Below, in pieces: positions 11,587-24,889 of a stretch of 42,095 bases of DNA. Origin of the DNA: Octopus bimaculoides (lineage: Eukaryota); the NCBI RefSeq assembly GCF_001194135.2, contig NC_068992.1:45948041-45990135 (forward strand). Reading direction: 5' to 3'. Numbering within the stretch: position 1 is the stretch's first letter; each line of letters starts with the position of its first letter. Under the pieces are notes generated by a model. The model ran no database searches. It saw nothing but the letters and a program-made list of their open reading frames with translations, and was not told where the DNA came from. Position numbers and translations under genes: made by a program.

Positions 11587-12769
11587 GATGCTGATGAAAT
11601 CAGAATATCATTCCCCAGAGAGAACACAAGATAACTAAACAGACATAAAGAATAATAATTGATTAATATATATATATATTTTTTTCTTCCATCCCTCACA
11701 GGGATAAAATCTTTAAGAGGAAACAATAAAATTGAAAGCCAGTATATCCACTTCTCAAATATATTTAACTGTATAAAATATAGGAAATAGTAAAAAAAAA
11801 AAAGTATTCAAACATCCTGGTGTAGAAATCTCAAGCTGAGGAATTATTTTTTTATCTGAATTTTGTGTGTCCAGGCCTTATTTCATTATATACAGTTCTA
11901 TGTATGTTTCTGTATATGCATTTAAGTATGTGTGTATATAGTGTTTATCTCCCCCAACACCCTCGTTTTAATAATTTGAATTTTTCTTTTAAAGAAGGAT
12001 TTGGTTTTTAATAAAGAAACAAAATTCCATCACTGGAAATATTTAGAAAAGTCTTGCATATTTTTATTGTTTTATTAATAACCATTAGAGATTTGCAAAA
12101 GAAATGACAGGAGATTTAGTACCAAAATATACAGAGACTTCAGACAAATTGTCACCTTGGAATTAATCTTTTTGAAAAATATTTTACATTGGAGACAATT
12201 GTTGTGTCGTTAGTTATGTGTGAGAATTGTGGAGTAGATTTTTGTGAGTCTTTTTGTGGTAGAATCTAAGGTAGCAGATTATTTAACTGAATGCAATGAT
12301 TCCAGAGACCATTATTGAGAATATCATCAGAAGGTTTCTGCAGGTTTTTTATTATTTCTTTTTTTTTTTTTTTTCATGCAGTATACCTGTAGCCATCAGA
12401 ATTTGTTTGGCACATCACACATCCCCTTCTTTCTGCCTGCTTGATTGTCATCAGTTATTATCATGTTGGTCTTACAACAATCTTAGAGAAAAATGATCTA
12501 AACAATGTGTAAAGTTTTATACATAATGTTTAAGCAGGCAGTAGGCCTATAGTTTACTGCCAAGTCAGTGTTTTCATTCCTGGCTGGAAGATTTGTGTGC
12601 ACAATGGCAAGCCAATTTAGTAAATGCCAATTTGGCACTCCATAATTTTTGAAAATATATATTTGAGTGACTTTCTATAGAATGTATGTGTGCACATAGA
12701 TAATTATGTGTGTTTTGCACACACACACACACATACATGCATATTTGTATGTACATATATATCTTTCTT

Positions 12770-13165
12770 TTAATTATTTTTATTTTTCCTGCGAGGCTGA
12801 AGTCAGTTTCTAACAAAGGCACAAATCTTCATCGCAAGAATTTAGATAACAACAATTGTTACCTGTTGAACTTCAAAAATGTTGAGTATTTGTACTGTTC
12901 CACTTCTAGACATTATTGTTGAAGTGCCTATCAATTGATCTCTCTCTTTGCCTGAAAGTCAGAGTCTTTTCAGACTGTCAGTTTAATATTTACTAGCAAA
13001 GCCAAATGCACCAAGAATGCCAATGCCATTGGCACAGTTTCAGCTTTTTTCATGCTCAACACCTTTCGTGTATTGCTTTTCAGATCTTGGTGCTTGTCAA
13101 TCTTTTCTTGTTCATGCACTATGCAGTATCTGTCATTTGGGAATAGTATACCAGTTCTTGAACAG
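12770..13165 (-). mobile_element. R4/Dong(Rex6)-like LINE 3' end, decayed
   Basis: Minus strand: IPND..VHEQEKIDKHQDLK..MKKAETVP..GTVQILNIFEV resembles KE.EKIEKYQDLK..W.MKKV.VVP..GTARILRKVLE; A-rich tail near 12770-12790. Confidence 0.6.
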
Positions 13166-13167
13166 AA

Positions 13168-13290
13168 AATGGCTATGTGGCTGAGTTGCTTGCCTAATAA
13201 TCATGTGGTTTCAGGTACAGTCTCACAAAAAAGGCACCTTTGGCAAATGCCCTCTATCCGAAAGTTTAAACTTTCGGAATAAAGTAAAAA
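13168..13290 (+). mobile_element. SINE type A head
   Basis: atggctatgtggctgagttgcttgcctaataatcatgtggtttcaggtacagtctcac..ggcacctttggcaaatg. Confidence 0.45.
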
Positions 13291-13739
13291 GAAAAATGTT
13301 TTACCATAAAATTCACCTTTAAAAGTATGACATCTCTAAATACAGTAGTAGTAGTAGTAAAGAAAACAGTTGTTGCAACATGTACTATAGCAGCAATACA
13401 GTTTTACCAAACAAAAATGTCTCTGGATTGTTGTCTTGTTTGTTTGCCTCAAATGCTATGGATGAATTTTATGCATTGACCATTTATCAGGAAGTGAAAA
13501 GTTTGGCAGTTTTATGTAATGAAAACAAGTGCATCTTTCTATGTGGTGCATCTTTCTACAAATATAAGAAAATGTGATTAATTTGTGCACTTCTAATGCT
13601 ATGCAGACTTTCTGTAAGCCCTCAAGAGAAATGCTAATGGTAGTCATGATTAATACATGCACTAAGATCTACATCAAGTGAGGCAGTCCATATGGAACTG
13701 TATGTGTTGTGTTTGAAATAAAAAAACAGAGCAAAGAAG

Positions 13740-14760
13740 AAGCTCAGCTTGTGTGTAATATGCCAGACCTAAGGAGAATTTCTGCTTGCATGAGATAACG
13801 AAAAATGAGGATTGCCGTGAAAGTTATTGGAAATTTTATTAACAAAGTGCATTCTTACAGTTAAGGTAAAATATTGGTATCTGATGAGGGCTGATGTGAT
13901 TTTTTAATGATAGGCAGTCAGGTGGGGAATCATTAGGCATGCAATTCTTAATAACCACAGCCCCACCACTGAAAACCACAAACTTATTCCAAAGTCATAT
14001 CCTGTAACAGGTGCAGAGAATGCAGACTTTAAGGATGATAGCACAAGGCAGAAAGCATAGCTGCAAAACATGTGGACGGAAGGGTTACTTAAGAACATTT
14101 TCACTTGGGGAGCTAGAAAGACAGAAAATGGAAAAGATATTGATGGTCAAGAACAAAATCAGCAACAACAGTTGGTCCAGTGGACTGTTATATCAACACC
14201 ATGGCCAGTCATGTCAACAACTGCCATCCTGGGAATTTTCAGAAAAGTTACCTTGTCATTAGCCCTAGAAGGTGACAAAACCAAGGTTTCTGTTCAAGAT
14301 GTACCCACCTAGCTTCTTGAAACAATGGAGAGAAAGTGGTAGCTGAAGAAGAGTAAAAGACAGTCATAGAGGAAAAGAGAAGACAGAAGAGAAGTGAGCC
14401 AAAGCAGACGGAATATAATACATTGCAAGAGGAGCTTTCTATCAGAAGAGTGACTCAAATTCACAGAGGTCCTAAAGGAAACAGGATCTCTCAATTTAAT
14501 ATTGGAGGTGGAGGGAAAATGATCCAATGAATATTTTGATGGGCCATGATGTGAGGTAGCAATATCAGGAGCCGCTAGAAGACATACATTGCCAAAAACT
14601 ATATTGGTGGTCAACAAGCATGTCAGAGAGCCTTGTCAAGAGTATGTTTATCCCTTCATGGATCAGTTGGTCCAAAGAATGTTTAGGTTCTCTTTTGATG
14701 ATAGAAGATTCAAGCAAAAAAATTTAGAGGTGTGAGAAGTACTGGTTAACCCAAAGTGGT
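13740..14760 (-). mobile_element. Old CR1/L2-like LINE reverse transcriptase fragment
   Basis: Minus strand: MLVDHQYSFWQCMSS and HH..SLDHF resemble LLSDHQYGFR..ST..LTHHW..SLDHF, followed by a decayed GVPQGSVLSP-like stretch. Explains the ORFs at 13904-14617. Confidence 0.5.
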
Positions 14761-14939
14761 AGTAGGCCTTTAAAGGGTGGGTGGGTTGTTTGAATTTATG
14801 GTATATGTGTATGTATGTATGTTTGTGGTTGTGTGAGTTTATATATGTATGTATTTTTGTGGTTGTGTGAGTTTATATATAAACATGTTTTGGAAATATG
14901 TTTATTGCATATTTATATGAAACTTTTAATCTGTTCACA

Positions 14940-15566
14940 TCTATACTATATATAAAACAGAGATGTGTGTGTAATCGCTTTTCACGTGAAATCGACTTCA
15001 CCAAATGCTTCCATACTTGTAATGCATGAATAATTTGACCTCGGATAAATCTTAGGCTCTTCATTTGATTTTTTTAATTAAAAATAAATAATATTGCTTT
15101 ATATTTAAGATTATATTTAAGATTCACTTCTTCAAAAATGTTCTTCAATGTCAACTTCCGGTATTGACGTAACAACTGCAAAACGCTTCACTTTCTATTT
15201 TGTGTGTTCGTGTGTATGAGAGAGAGAGAGAGAGAGGGAGAGAGAGTAAATACTACATACACACCACTCTCTCACTCTGTCTCACACACATACACACGCA
15301 CACACACACACCTTGACTCACTCACACTCTGTCTCTTACAAACACACACATACATAAATGTATACAAACATATTTACAAAGACACACGTGTGTATGTGCG
15401 CGCGTGCGTGTTTGTAAGATACATAGTGTGAGTGAGTCAAGGGCTGTGTTGTCATATGCATACATCCAAAGATGTATGTATATTTATGCATGTACGTATA
15501 CATGACAACAAACCTCTCTCTCTCACTCACACTCTGTCTCTTACAAACACACACATACATAAATGT
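14940..15566 (+). mobile_element. Probable non-autonomous Helitron 5' portion
   Basis: Starts A^TCTATACTATATATAAAAC, a typical Helitron 5' TC terminus after an A. The 3' CTRR end is not seen and may lie in the gap. Confidence 0.45.
15311..15566. repeat. ~205-bp tandem unit with internal hairpins, running into the gap
   Basis: The 45-nt block at 15317-15361 recurs at 15522-15566; 39-bp inverted repeat 15311-15349 / 15404-15442 with 3 mismatches. Confidence 0.8.
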
Positions 15567-15793
15567 NNNNNNNNNNNNNNNNNNNNNNNNNNNNNNNNNN
15601 NNNNNNNNNNNNNNNNNNNNNNNNNNNNNNNNNNNNNNNNNNNNNNNNNNNNNNNNNNNNNNNNNNNNNNNNNNNNNNNNNNNNNNNNNNNNNNNNNNNN
15701 NNNNNNNNNNNNNNNNNNNNNNNNNNNNNNNNNNNNNNNNNNNNNNNNNNNNNNNNNNNNNNNNNNNNNNNNNNNNNNNNNNNNNNNNNNNNN
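15567..15793. other. Assembly gap (227 N)
   Basis: Run of N. Confidence 1.
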
Positions 15794-15955
15794 TTCCTAA
15801 CGCCAACCACTCCGAGAGTGTAATGGGTGCTTTTACGTGTCACCCGCACGAAGGCCAGTCAGGCGGTACTGGCAACGGCCACGCTCGAAATGGTGTATTT
15901 TATGTGCCACCCGCACAAGAGCCAGTCCAGGGGCAGTGGCAACGATCCCCATTTT
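15794..15955 (-). mobile_element. SINE type B-related fragment with internal ~65-bp duplication
   Basis: ttcctaacgccaaccactccgagagtgtaatgggtgcttttacgtg is the reverse of type B; tXtacgtgtcacccgcac..gccagtc..tggcaacg occurs twice. Confidence 0.6.
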
Positions 15956-16260
15956 AATTTTCGTAAAAGTTTCCAAGTACCAATGAGGCTTTTTGGCACA
16001 TCTTCAATTTTCCCCATTCATGAGAGGCGCCCAGCCATCATTCATCTGAGAGTCCATCTACAGAATGTCCTCAAATTTCTATACAGCATATTTTGCCTTT
16101 TTTTCTTCAAGTATATAAGCAACAAGTTCATTCCCAAGCAACGCTGGGTGCCTCTGCTAGTATGTTATAAAATTTCCTTTCCCTGCTTTAACTTTTTGAT
16201 ATATAACTGTATTTGGATGCGCCCTCGTGGACTGTAAATCCTTTTGCAATATGTTCCATT
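15956..16260 (-). mobile_element. RTE-like LINE 3' fragment
   Basis: Minus strand, frameshifted WLG..S*MGEN*RCAKK resembles the RTE motif LRWLGHV.RMGE.R.AKK. Confidence 0.4.
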
Positions 16261-17519
16261 GCTTACATGAAAGGGCTCTTATAGCAGTAATAAAGAAATC
16301 ATCATCATCATTGGGTTTTTGAATTTCATCATGATGATGGTGATCATGATGATGATAATGATAGTAAATGCCCCTCCCCTCTCCCTAATATTGAATGTAA
16401 TTAACTCTGAAACATCCCGTGTGATATTGTTCTTTTGCACGGCAAATATATTTTTCATTTCTCATTTAATATTGGCCGATGTCAACTACACACTGATGAC
16501 ATGACAACATTTCTATAACGTTCCTTACTTTTGACACAGATAAAAGTAAAAAGCTAATGAAAATGCCCAACTATAATAGATTCCATTAATGGCTTTTAAT
16601 ATGCGAGCTGAAACGTTGTCATTTTGTTCCAGTGAAGCAGGTCATATCACAAAAGGATGCTAGATATTAGTGTGGTCAGAAGTCTGTTACCGATACATAA
16701 TTGATTTTATTCCTTCTTCTGTTTCGTTTCGTTTGCTTCAGTATTCATGAAAGATTTTTGTTCAGTTAATGGCTTTAATATAAAGTTGGGTCAGTGACAC
16801 AAGCTAACAAATGTAACCACTATTTTTGCTAAGGTTTCATCTGACTATCTTACCTAATAAGCCAAATAACAAATGGCCATAATGAGTTTATAGATTCAAA
16901 AGAAGTTTTACAAGTGCGATCAGAATATATGGTCAATAGTGTTTGGAGGATTATTCATGTTCATAAACATCAGAAAAGAAAAAAAGTGGCATCAAAAATA
17001 ACATTAATAACAATAATAACATCAAATGGAAATGAGAAAAAAAATGTTTTTGCATTCCTGAGAGAAGATTTGAGAGATGAAAATGAAAGCCAAGCCAGCA
17101 GATCCAGATTTTGTCATAAGTGTCTATAGTGAAGAAAGAGAATTCATATTCATATTCATATTAAAGACTACTTCAGTTTTTGAGAGACTTACGGGAAATC
17201 ATGACATAAGATGTAATATCTTTTTATCTATCCTTCTCATTCTCTCTCTCTCTCTCTCTTTCCTCACACACACATATTTCTGAATTGCACTTGTTTGACT
17301 TGTGATTTGATCTGAAATCAAATTGGAACTAAAACAATTACATTGAGGGAGTCACTGTGACACCATCCCTATTTCATCTGTTCTCTTTCTTCATGGGCCA
17401 AACCTATAGCTATCAGAAGACATACACATCCTCGAAGCTAAAATCTGAAAATTCATAAATTTTGTTGGAAAAGATATTGAAGTGTTTTCTTCTCATTGTT
17501 TTCTGCCAGTTTATCCCAT

Positions 17520-18340
17520 CATCTGTTGGTCATCATATTTCTGGTTATGGATATAAGAATATTCACATTTGCACAAAATGCTTTCTTAATCACATCATAG
17601 ATTTTCCCAGTGTTGTATATTCTTGTAAAGGCCAGATTTTTGTCTGAAGTCTTTCAATATAATGTCTGGCCTATTTGCATCTATCTTTCTGTCAGCTTGA
17701 ATGGTGAAGTTCCAGAGGAGTGAGATGTAATCATTTTCAAGCACTGGAGGTGGTTTGCGTTCCTGCTGGTTTATATAGTAGGGCAGGTCCAGGTTTTTGA
17801 ATATTACACAGTGAATATTACCCAGTGCTGCTCTATCATGCCCGCTGAGATTCTCTGTAGGCAAAAGAAGACTGCACATGGAGACATGATCAATGGCTTC
17901 TGCCATTCTTTAATATGTTGGGCTGGTAGTTCCTTGTAAGTAGGCATTGATCTTGGGTTGCTATGATAAACCCTTCTGTTTCTGATTTTGAGCCAGAAGA
18001 CACTAACCATTGATGGGTAAGGGCTGAGTCAACATCAGCATTATTAGCTCTCTTTGAGTATTTGCCATTGAGAGTTTTTTCTTGTCATTTAACTGTAAGA
18101 ATAAGGCAGCAGTTTTAGCATGGATTTTCATATGCTTAGCTATTCTGTGCTTGTTTCTAGTACATCTAATTCTGGAATTTGTTATATTTGGAATTCACTT
18201 AGATATTCCTTTGCTTCTTTTGTTACTAAGTATGACGTTTTCTTGTTTTCATGTTTTGAGACAAATTTTAACATCCAGTCCTAAGAATTGTCAGGTAGGT
18301 GTCCAGGCCAATTGTGGCAATCTTCATTATTAATGCCAGT
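17520..18340 (-). mobile_element. R4/Dong(Rex6)-like RLE LINE fragment with internal deletions
   Basis: Minus-strand peptides: THQWLVSSGSKSETEGFIIATQDQCLLTRNY; GHDRAA..PPPVLENDYISLLWNFTIQADRKIDANRPDIILKDFRQK (PD motif of the restriction-like endonuclease). Confidence 0.9.
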
Positions 18341-18486
18341 TGTAAAAGTCCACGGCCACACTCTTTTATTGGCAAGTAAAGTATTTCTATATCTGCCTTA
18401 GGGTGGTGCATTCTATGCAGTTTCAACAATTTTCATATTTTTCTGTCAAAATTACATATTTCAGTAATTGACCAGTTAACGTCAAT

Positions 18487-18528
<42 letters not shown>

Positions 18529-18562
18529 CATCCATCTGTCTGTCTGTCTATCTGCCTGTCTG

Positions 18563-18601
<39 letters not shown>

Positions 18602-18610
18602 GTCTATATC
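18487..18610. repeat. (TCTA)n/(TCTG)n microsatellite
   Basis: Directly visible. Confidence 0.95.
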
Positions 18611-18656
18611 CATCTGTATGCTTGTCTGTCTCTCTATCATGTCGCTATGTATGTGC

Positions 18657-18691
<35 letters not shown>

Positions 18692-18802
18692 AAATGGCTT
18701 TACTGTACCTCCTATTTTTATATAACATTTTATCCTACCACACTCATTTTTGTAACCCTGTATAAACATATGATTGCACTCTTGTGGCAACTAAAGAATA
18801 CA

Positions 18803-18840
18803 TCATCATCATCATCATAACCATCATCATTATCATCATC

Positions 18841-18900
<60 letters not shown>

Positions 18901-18901
18901 T
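18803..18901. repeat. (ATC)n-(AAT)n microsatellite
   Basis: Directly visible. Confidence 0.95.
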
Positions 18902-19632
18902 TCATTTTCATTATTTCAATATAGTTAAATATATTGGGAATTCAATTCCAGCTAATATTATTCTTCAACTGTAATTATAGTCGAACACTAAAATGGGCGG
19001 CATTCAAATTGATTTTTATAATCTTTATTTATGATGAATCAGGCATTACATGCGAGCAAGTCGGTGAGATTTAGTTTTCTTAAATCATTGTGAAGAATAT
19101 AGTTTTGAATGGAATCTAATATTGGTTTGTATTGACAGATGATATTTTGTTGAACTAGAACACGTTCAGAGAACATCAAATGCTTAAAAATAACTCATCT
19201 CAGAAAAGGGTAGAATGGGTGCATAACTAAGAACTCTGGGTAGTGTTGACCAGTGTTGAGAATAAATTATATAAAGGGACATTTTAAAAAGAGACTTAAT
19301 TTCTAGTCAGTGCCACTTAAAATAGAAATGTTTGACTCTATAAAATATCTGTCTTATATGAAGAAGAATATTTGAAAAGTTTATAAATACATTTCATAAA
19401 CTTGAAATCTGTGTGATAGGTTGACTGTGATTGAGGTTATCAATAAAAGATTTCCGATATAATATGGTTGGTTCTGTTCAGATTACATTGAGAAGTCAAC
19501 AAGAACAACAACAAATACATCAATCAGGCACCATTGCAAAAACTCTTCATTTTATTTTATTGAAGAACGCAATAGAATGGATTAGGAGAGAATAGAATAT
19601 CTTTAGCTTTGTTCGTTGATGATGTTTAGAGA

Positions 19633-20020
19633 AGAGGTGCAATGGCCCAGTGGTTAGGGCAGCGGGCTCGCGGTCATAGGATCGCGGTTTCGATTCACAG
19701 ACCGGGCGTTGTGAGTGTTTATTGAGCGAAAACATCTAAAGCTCCAAGAGGCTCCAGCAGGGGATGGTAGCGAACCCTGCTGTACTCTTTCACCACAACT
19801 TTCTCTCACTTTTACTTCCTGTTTCTGTTGTGCCTGTAATTCAAAGGGTCAGCCTTGTCACATTGTGTCACGCTGAATATCCCCGAGAACTACGTTAAGG
19901 GTACACATGTCTGTGGAGTGCTCAGCCACTTGCACGTTAATTTCATCAGCATGCTGTTCCATTGATCGGATCAACTGGAACCCTCGATGTCGTAAGCGAC
20001 AGAGTGTCAACAACCACAAC
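19633..20020 (+). mobile_element. Apparently full-length tRNA-derived SINE type D (OR-like)
   Basis: A box TGGCCCAGTGG (19643), B box GGTTTCGATTC (19686), CpG-rich, (CAA)-like tail; head repeated in reverse at 35950. OR family name from memory. Confidence 0.8.
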
Positions 20021-20505
20021 TCTTCATGTAAGACAGTACACCAGCTAATATAGTATACTCCTGACTCAGCTCCTAATTTCTGATATGATAGCATACTCCT
20101 GCTATAGTCACTCACTACTGTGATGATGGTATATGACAGCAGTGATACTCCTTAACTTTATCGATAATAAAAGAATACACTGCTGAAATAAAATTTGTTG
20201 TAAATGTCACAAATTGACCAATCACAGATCGTAATTCAATCACACAAAATAAACCAAGGCAACCACAGTAGATCATTGTATTTTAGATTTGACATTCATA
20301 TACATGCTCTCATATTGTTACATTTTACATACATACACATATATGTGCATTTTATGCATATGTACATTTTATGCTTTTACATATACACAGACACTCTCTC
20401 ACACATGCACCTGCAAGCATACAAATATTACATTTTAAGCTCACACAAACATACACACATGCAAATACAGACATATATATACATATATATATATATATAC
20501 ATATA

Positions 20506-20604
20506 NNNNNNNNNNNNNNNNNNNNNNNNNNNNNNNNNNNNNNNNNNNNNNNNNNNNNNNNNNNNNNNNNNNNNNNNNNNNNNNNNNNNNNNNNNNNNNN
20601 NNNN
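20506..20604. other. Assembly gap (99 N) within a (TA)n tract
   Basis: Run of N. Confidence 1.
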
Positions 20605-21914
20605 ATATATATATATATATACACATATGCATATAAACATAGATGCAAATGCATATTCACACTTACAAATTCAAATACACACCCAGAAAGATCACCAATG
20701 CATAAAATAAAATGTTGTTAATGCTAAACTCTTTCTTCTGCTTCGTCTTCATATTTAACCACATAAACCATCCCCATTTCCCACCCCTATTTTCTTTAGA
20801 TTTTCTGAGAACCATTGAAAAGTTTTATGGCCAGATACTTTCATTGATAACAGGGAATCGAAGTGGTTTGTTTATGACACTTTTCATTGCAGTGGCATGA
20901 TCGAACAGAATATTTCATGCCGACAGATTGAGAAGTGAAACAGCCCTGTAAGGACAAAGACATGTATATTAATGGTAGTGGCAATATTTCCACATCAGCT
21001 GGTGTTTCGTCATAAACTTCATCATACACTGTTCAATATATTACTATCATCCTCTGCTTAAACAATTTAGCCATATTTTAGCAGCCAAGTCTACATATAA
21101 GCTATATTATTTATTGGTTTGTCAACCTATTTTGGTTAGAAATTATGTTAAATTCTTCCTGTACAGACTCACCTGCTTATATACATTCTAATCTACACTA
21201 ACTTATCAAAGATCATCTTACACATCAGATATTAACCACCATTAAATCAAATTTAGGCCATATTTTAGAGCTATCTTACAACATAACATTATTTATTCCA
21301 TCAATCTTACATAGGTTAGTCTTGTAGATACGTTTCTTTTTTTTTTAGACCTTTTTAAACCAAGAGATTTATCTAAGTATATTCATTTACACATTGCATC
21401 ATTAAAGTTTTTATAATATCATATGCTTTTACTATGTCATTTTATATTCTGAGGTGAAATACCTCTGAAGTTGACCTTGCATTTCATATGTAAATAAGCT
21501 ACTTAAGAAAGTATCTGTCAAATATTAAGGTCAACTGATTGTTCTCCTCTCCAAAAATGGGTGACCCTATGACTATTTCTCAAATCATCCTTTTGTCTTT
21601 CTTCGATTCCAGACTTCAAGAGTTTTTAGTCCATCATATTGACTGCAGTTCTCATTTCAGTTGTTTCTTATCCTATTGATTTTCTTATATTCAGTTGTTC
21701 AGTCAGTTTAATTAACTGCACATTAAACTAGTGTGTATGTGGCTGAGTATTCCAATGACACATGTACCATTGACATAATTTTTAGTCTGAATCAGTATGA
21801 CACAGTGTGTGACATGGTTGCAAAATGAATTTCTTAGCTCTTGGAACAAGCTGCATGTACACACATACACATGGCATGAACATGCATCCATGAGTGTATG
21901 CATGTATTCATATT

Positions 21915-22555
21915 TCAACTGGGGCAACCCTTAACATTTTGACTGGATGCCTCAGGTCACTGGGAGAAGGCTGATATAAATGGAAGCATGATTTACAGAA
22001 ATCCTCAAGCAGACAGACCTGCAGAGAATTAAGGCAAACAAGCAGTAGACACCACCATCCAACGGTATCAGTTTCCTAAATGATGGTGATGAAGTTCTTT
22101 GGAGAAAAGAAGCTGTAGGAGACCTGCTTTTTCATTTGATGTTGAATCTTTCACTGGAAGATGCAAGTGAATCTGTTGGATAAACTCAATTTTCTTTAAG
22201 AAGCGGCAGTAATATGATCATTTTGGGCAAACTCAAAATACCTTGGAAAGACAAATATTTCTCATCAGCAGGAGAAAACCAAATATCAGGATCTGATACA
22301 TGAAGCTCTGGTCTATATATGGCACACGGCCCCATTTCTAGTGAAGCTGGTTACCATGGTTTCTCAAAAAAAAAAAAAAAAAAATCAGTGTACTATTTTT
22401 TGCAAAGGAGTGGTTAAGACCTCAAAGAATTAAAGACAGTTACCAAGAAGAGAGCCACAGCACTAAGACCAGGTCAGTGGTTGAGGTCGACAAGAGACTA
22501 TAGATAGAACCGTTCTGTTGGCAGAGGTTAATTTGGTTCTCATCAGCTCACCCAG
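21915..22555 (+). mobile_element. HERO-like RLE LINE 3' fragment
   Basis: ILTGCLRSLGEG*YKWKHD ~ HILSGC..LG.GRY.WRHD; WKMQVNL..KLNF; MIILGKLKIPWKDK ~ IELTVPWEDR; KTKYQDLIHEA; a frameshifted EAGYHGF ~ EVGCRGF. Confidence 0.8.
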
Positions 22556-22694
22556 GCAAAGTGTACAAGTGTATTACTACCACTTCCAATGGAAAAATTA
22601 GACCAAATTTCGTATCCACTTGCATCTCCCAATGAGAGACTTGGCACAAAATGAAAAACAGACGTCTTGCAACTTCTTTTGCCTTAAGAACCTT

Positions 22695-22860
22695 NNNNNN
22701 NNNNNNNNNNNNNNNNNNNNNNNNNNNNNNNNNNNNNNNNNNNNNNNNNNNNNNNNNNNNNNNNNNNNNNNNNNNNNNNNNNNNNNNNNNNNNNNNNNNN
22801 NNNNNNNNNNNNNNNNNNNNNNNNNNNNNNNNNNNNNNNNNNNNNNNNNNNNNNNNNNNN
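22695..22860. other. Assembly gap (166 N)
   Basis: Run of N. Confidence 1.
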
Positions 22861-22893
<33 letters not shown>

Positions 22894-24889
22894 TATATAT
22901 ATATATTGGTAAATTAATCAAAATCTATCACCTCCTACATTTCGGTTATCTCCTTTATACCGGAAATAATCCCTAATTACCTCCCCCTATCTATAACTCT
23001 ATTTTACACACTGGAGCGAAGACATGTTACGATACAAGTAGAGAAATTTGAAAAGACAACACAAAACCGGTTATTTTTCCAAATACAATGTTTATATACC
23101 CAAAATTTTATAAAAGTTTATAACATTTTTCTGTCCGAGCCATGCCAGCCTGAAAAAAGGGATGTTAAACGATGATGGTGTATTGAATTCTTGCTAACCT
23201 ATTACTTGTATATATGAATATGTATATGTGCAGGTGCACATATATTTTATGTGTGTATTATGTAAGACTAAATAACTGTAATTTCATTATCTGCCATGAA
23301 ACATCCTTAAGTGCATACAACAAAAATGTCACTAATACCACCTACAATTTTACACCATAGCAACTTTCACTGACACTATCGGTACACCAACATGCTATTA
23401 ACATCAACACCTCTCTTACCATCAACAACAACACCGTCACATCATCACAGCTAACACCTTTAACACACCAACTTCACCACTGTTATTAATACCTACATGA
23501 ATATCATTACTACCCACACAACTTCAACTGACACCGGCATCACAAGATCCAATATCTGTGTCAGCACTGCTGCCACCACCAACAACAATACCCTCATCTT
23601 CATATTCTCCACCTCATCTGGAAGCTATAAGGTAATTATTTTACTGTGGAATTGTATTGTGTGTCAATTATAGCCTTTATCAAATTCTATGTAAAAATCA
23701 CTGTTTTTTCCAGTCAAAACAGTTATTTAACCCCTTCATTTCCAAGTAAATATATTTTTTGCCAGATTTTGTCAAGAAACGATAATGACTGGCAGGAATT
23801 AATGTCTTATAATTGGTGAGGTGCTAAAGTTGTTTCAGAAGTTCACATTTCTCTTGTAAATGTGAATTAGTGTCTCGTAAAACGAGGTGATGATGATGAT
23901 GATGATGATGATGTTGATGATGATGGTGATGATGACGACAACGGCGACGATGATGATGCAAAACACATCGTTAAGGATGAATATTTATCCCAAAATAAAT
24001 ATCAACTTGCTCCAGACATGATGTGTTTCTATCAGTAATATTGATCAGTGGTGAAAAAGTATTTGGAACCATATCCCCCTCAGAATAGGGAAAGATTCAA
24101 AGCTAGTTTTCGAAATTCTGCACACCAGTTTGGTAACAGGTGCCCCCATTATTCAGATTACTGTGGTGTCTGCAATAATGAGGAATTCATCAATTTCATC
24201 AAACTATAGATATGAGGAAACCAAAGTTGCAAGCAACTGAATATAGCAAAGCAAAGTCATCTACAAGAATTATCTTTTCCACACCATCAATCAGCCCAAA
24301 AGATTATTTATGGACAAGGATATTAAACATTTTGAATAACAGAATGTTTTAAGTTGAAATTATAATTCTGTGTTTGTGTGTGTGCATGTGTGTGCATGTG
24401 TGTGCACAAGTGCACAGTATATATGTCTATGTTGAGTGTGTGTGTTATTAAGAAACCACTAGCAATGCCGAATTTTGGTTTTTATTAAGTATTATTCATT
24501 TCAGAATATTGATATTTCAGGCTCATAGCTGTTAGATATGATAAAACGAAAAAATAGAAATGAAATAAGGCTCAAAGTGATGATGTAGGTGTCAGCTGTT
24601 TGGAGAAGGCAGCAGTTTGAGAAATTCAAGTTCATTAATTGTCAGAGATGTCAAAGCATTTCTTAAGCAGCTGCCAATCAGCATGATTTGTTTTTTTCCA
24701 CAGTAATTCTGTCTTAATTACAAAACTCACTTCAACTTGAAATTAATTTGAACAAAAACATACAATTCACAGTAGAACCCAATTTTGTTTAATGCAGCCC
24801 ACATTCTATATAAGATATTTTTGGTACATTAGCAACCCATACAACATAATTTCTGCACACATCTCATACTCTTTCCTGCATAGAAAAGT

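Noticed and set aside
12859-12947. Minus-strand exon candidate KERDQLIG..GTVQILNIFEVQQ with good splice sites
   Set aside because: It is the decayed C-terminus of the adjacent R4/Dong-like LINE.
14011-14617. Overlapping 80-102 aa ORFs
   Set aside because: Shadow frames of a decayed CR1/L2-like RT.
16585-16620. gctgaaacgttgtc resembling the hammerhead 3' half
   Set aside because: No CTGANGA core upstream.
19636-19705. tRNA gene
   Set aside because: A and B boxes are present but I could not build a full cloverleaf; it continues into a SINE body and recurs at 35950.
23290-23630. Thr/Pro-rich mucin-like exon ending in aag|GTAATT
   Set aside because: Decayed (ACC/ATC/AAC)n repeat with stops upstream and no good acceptor.
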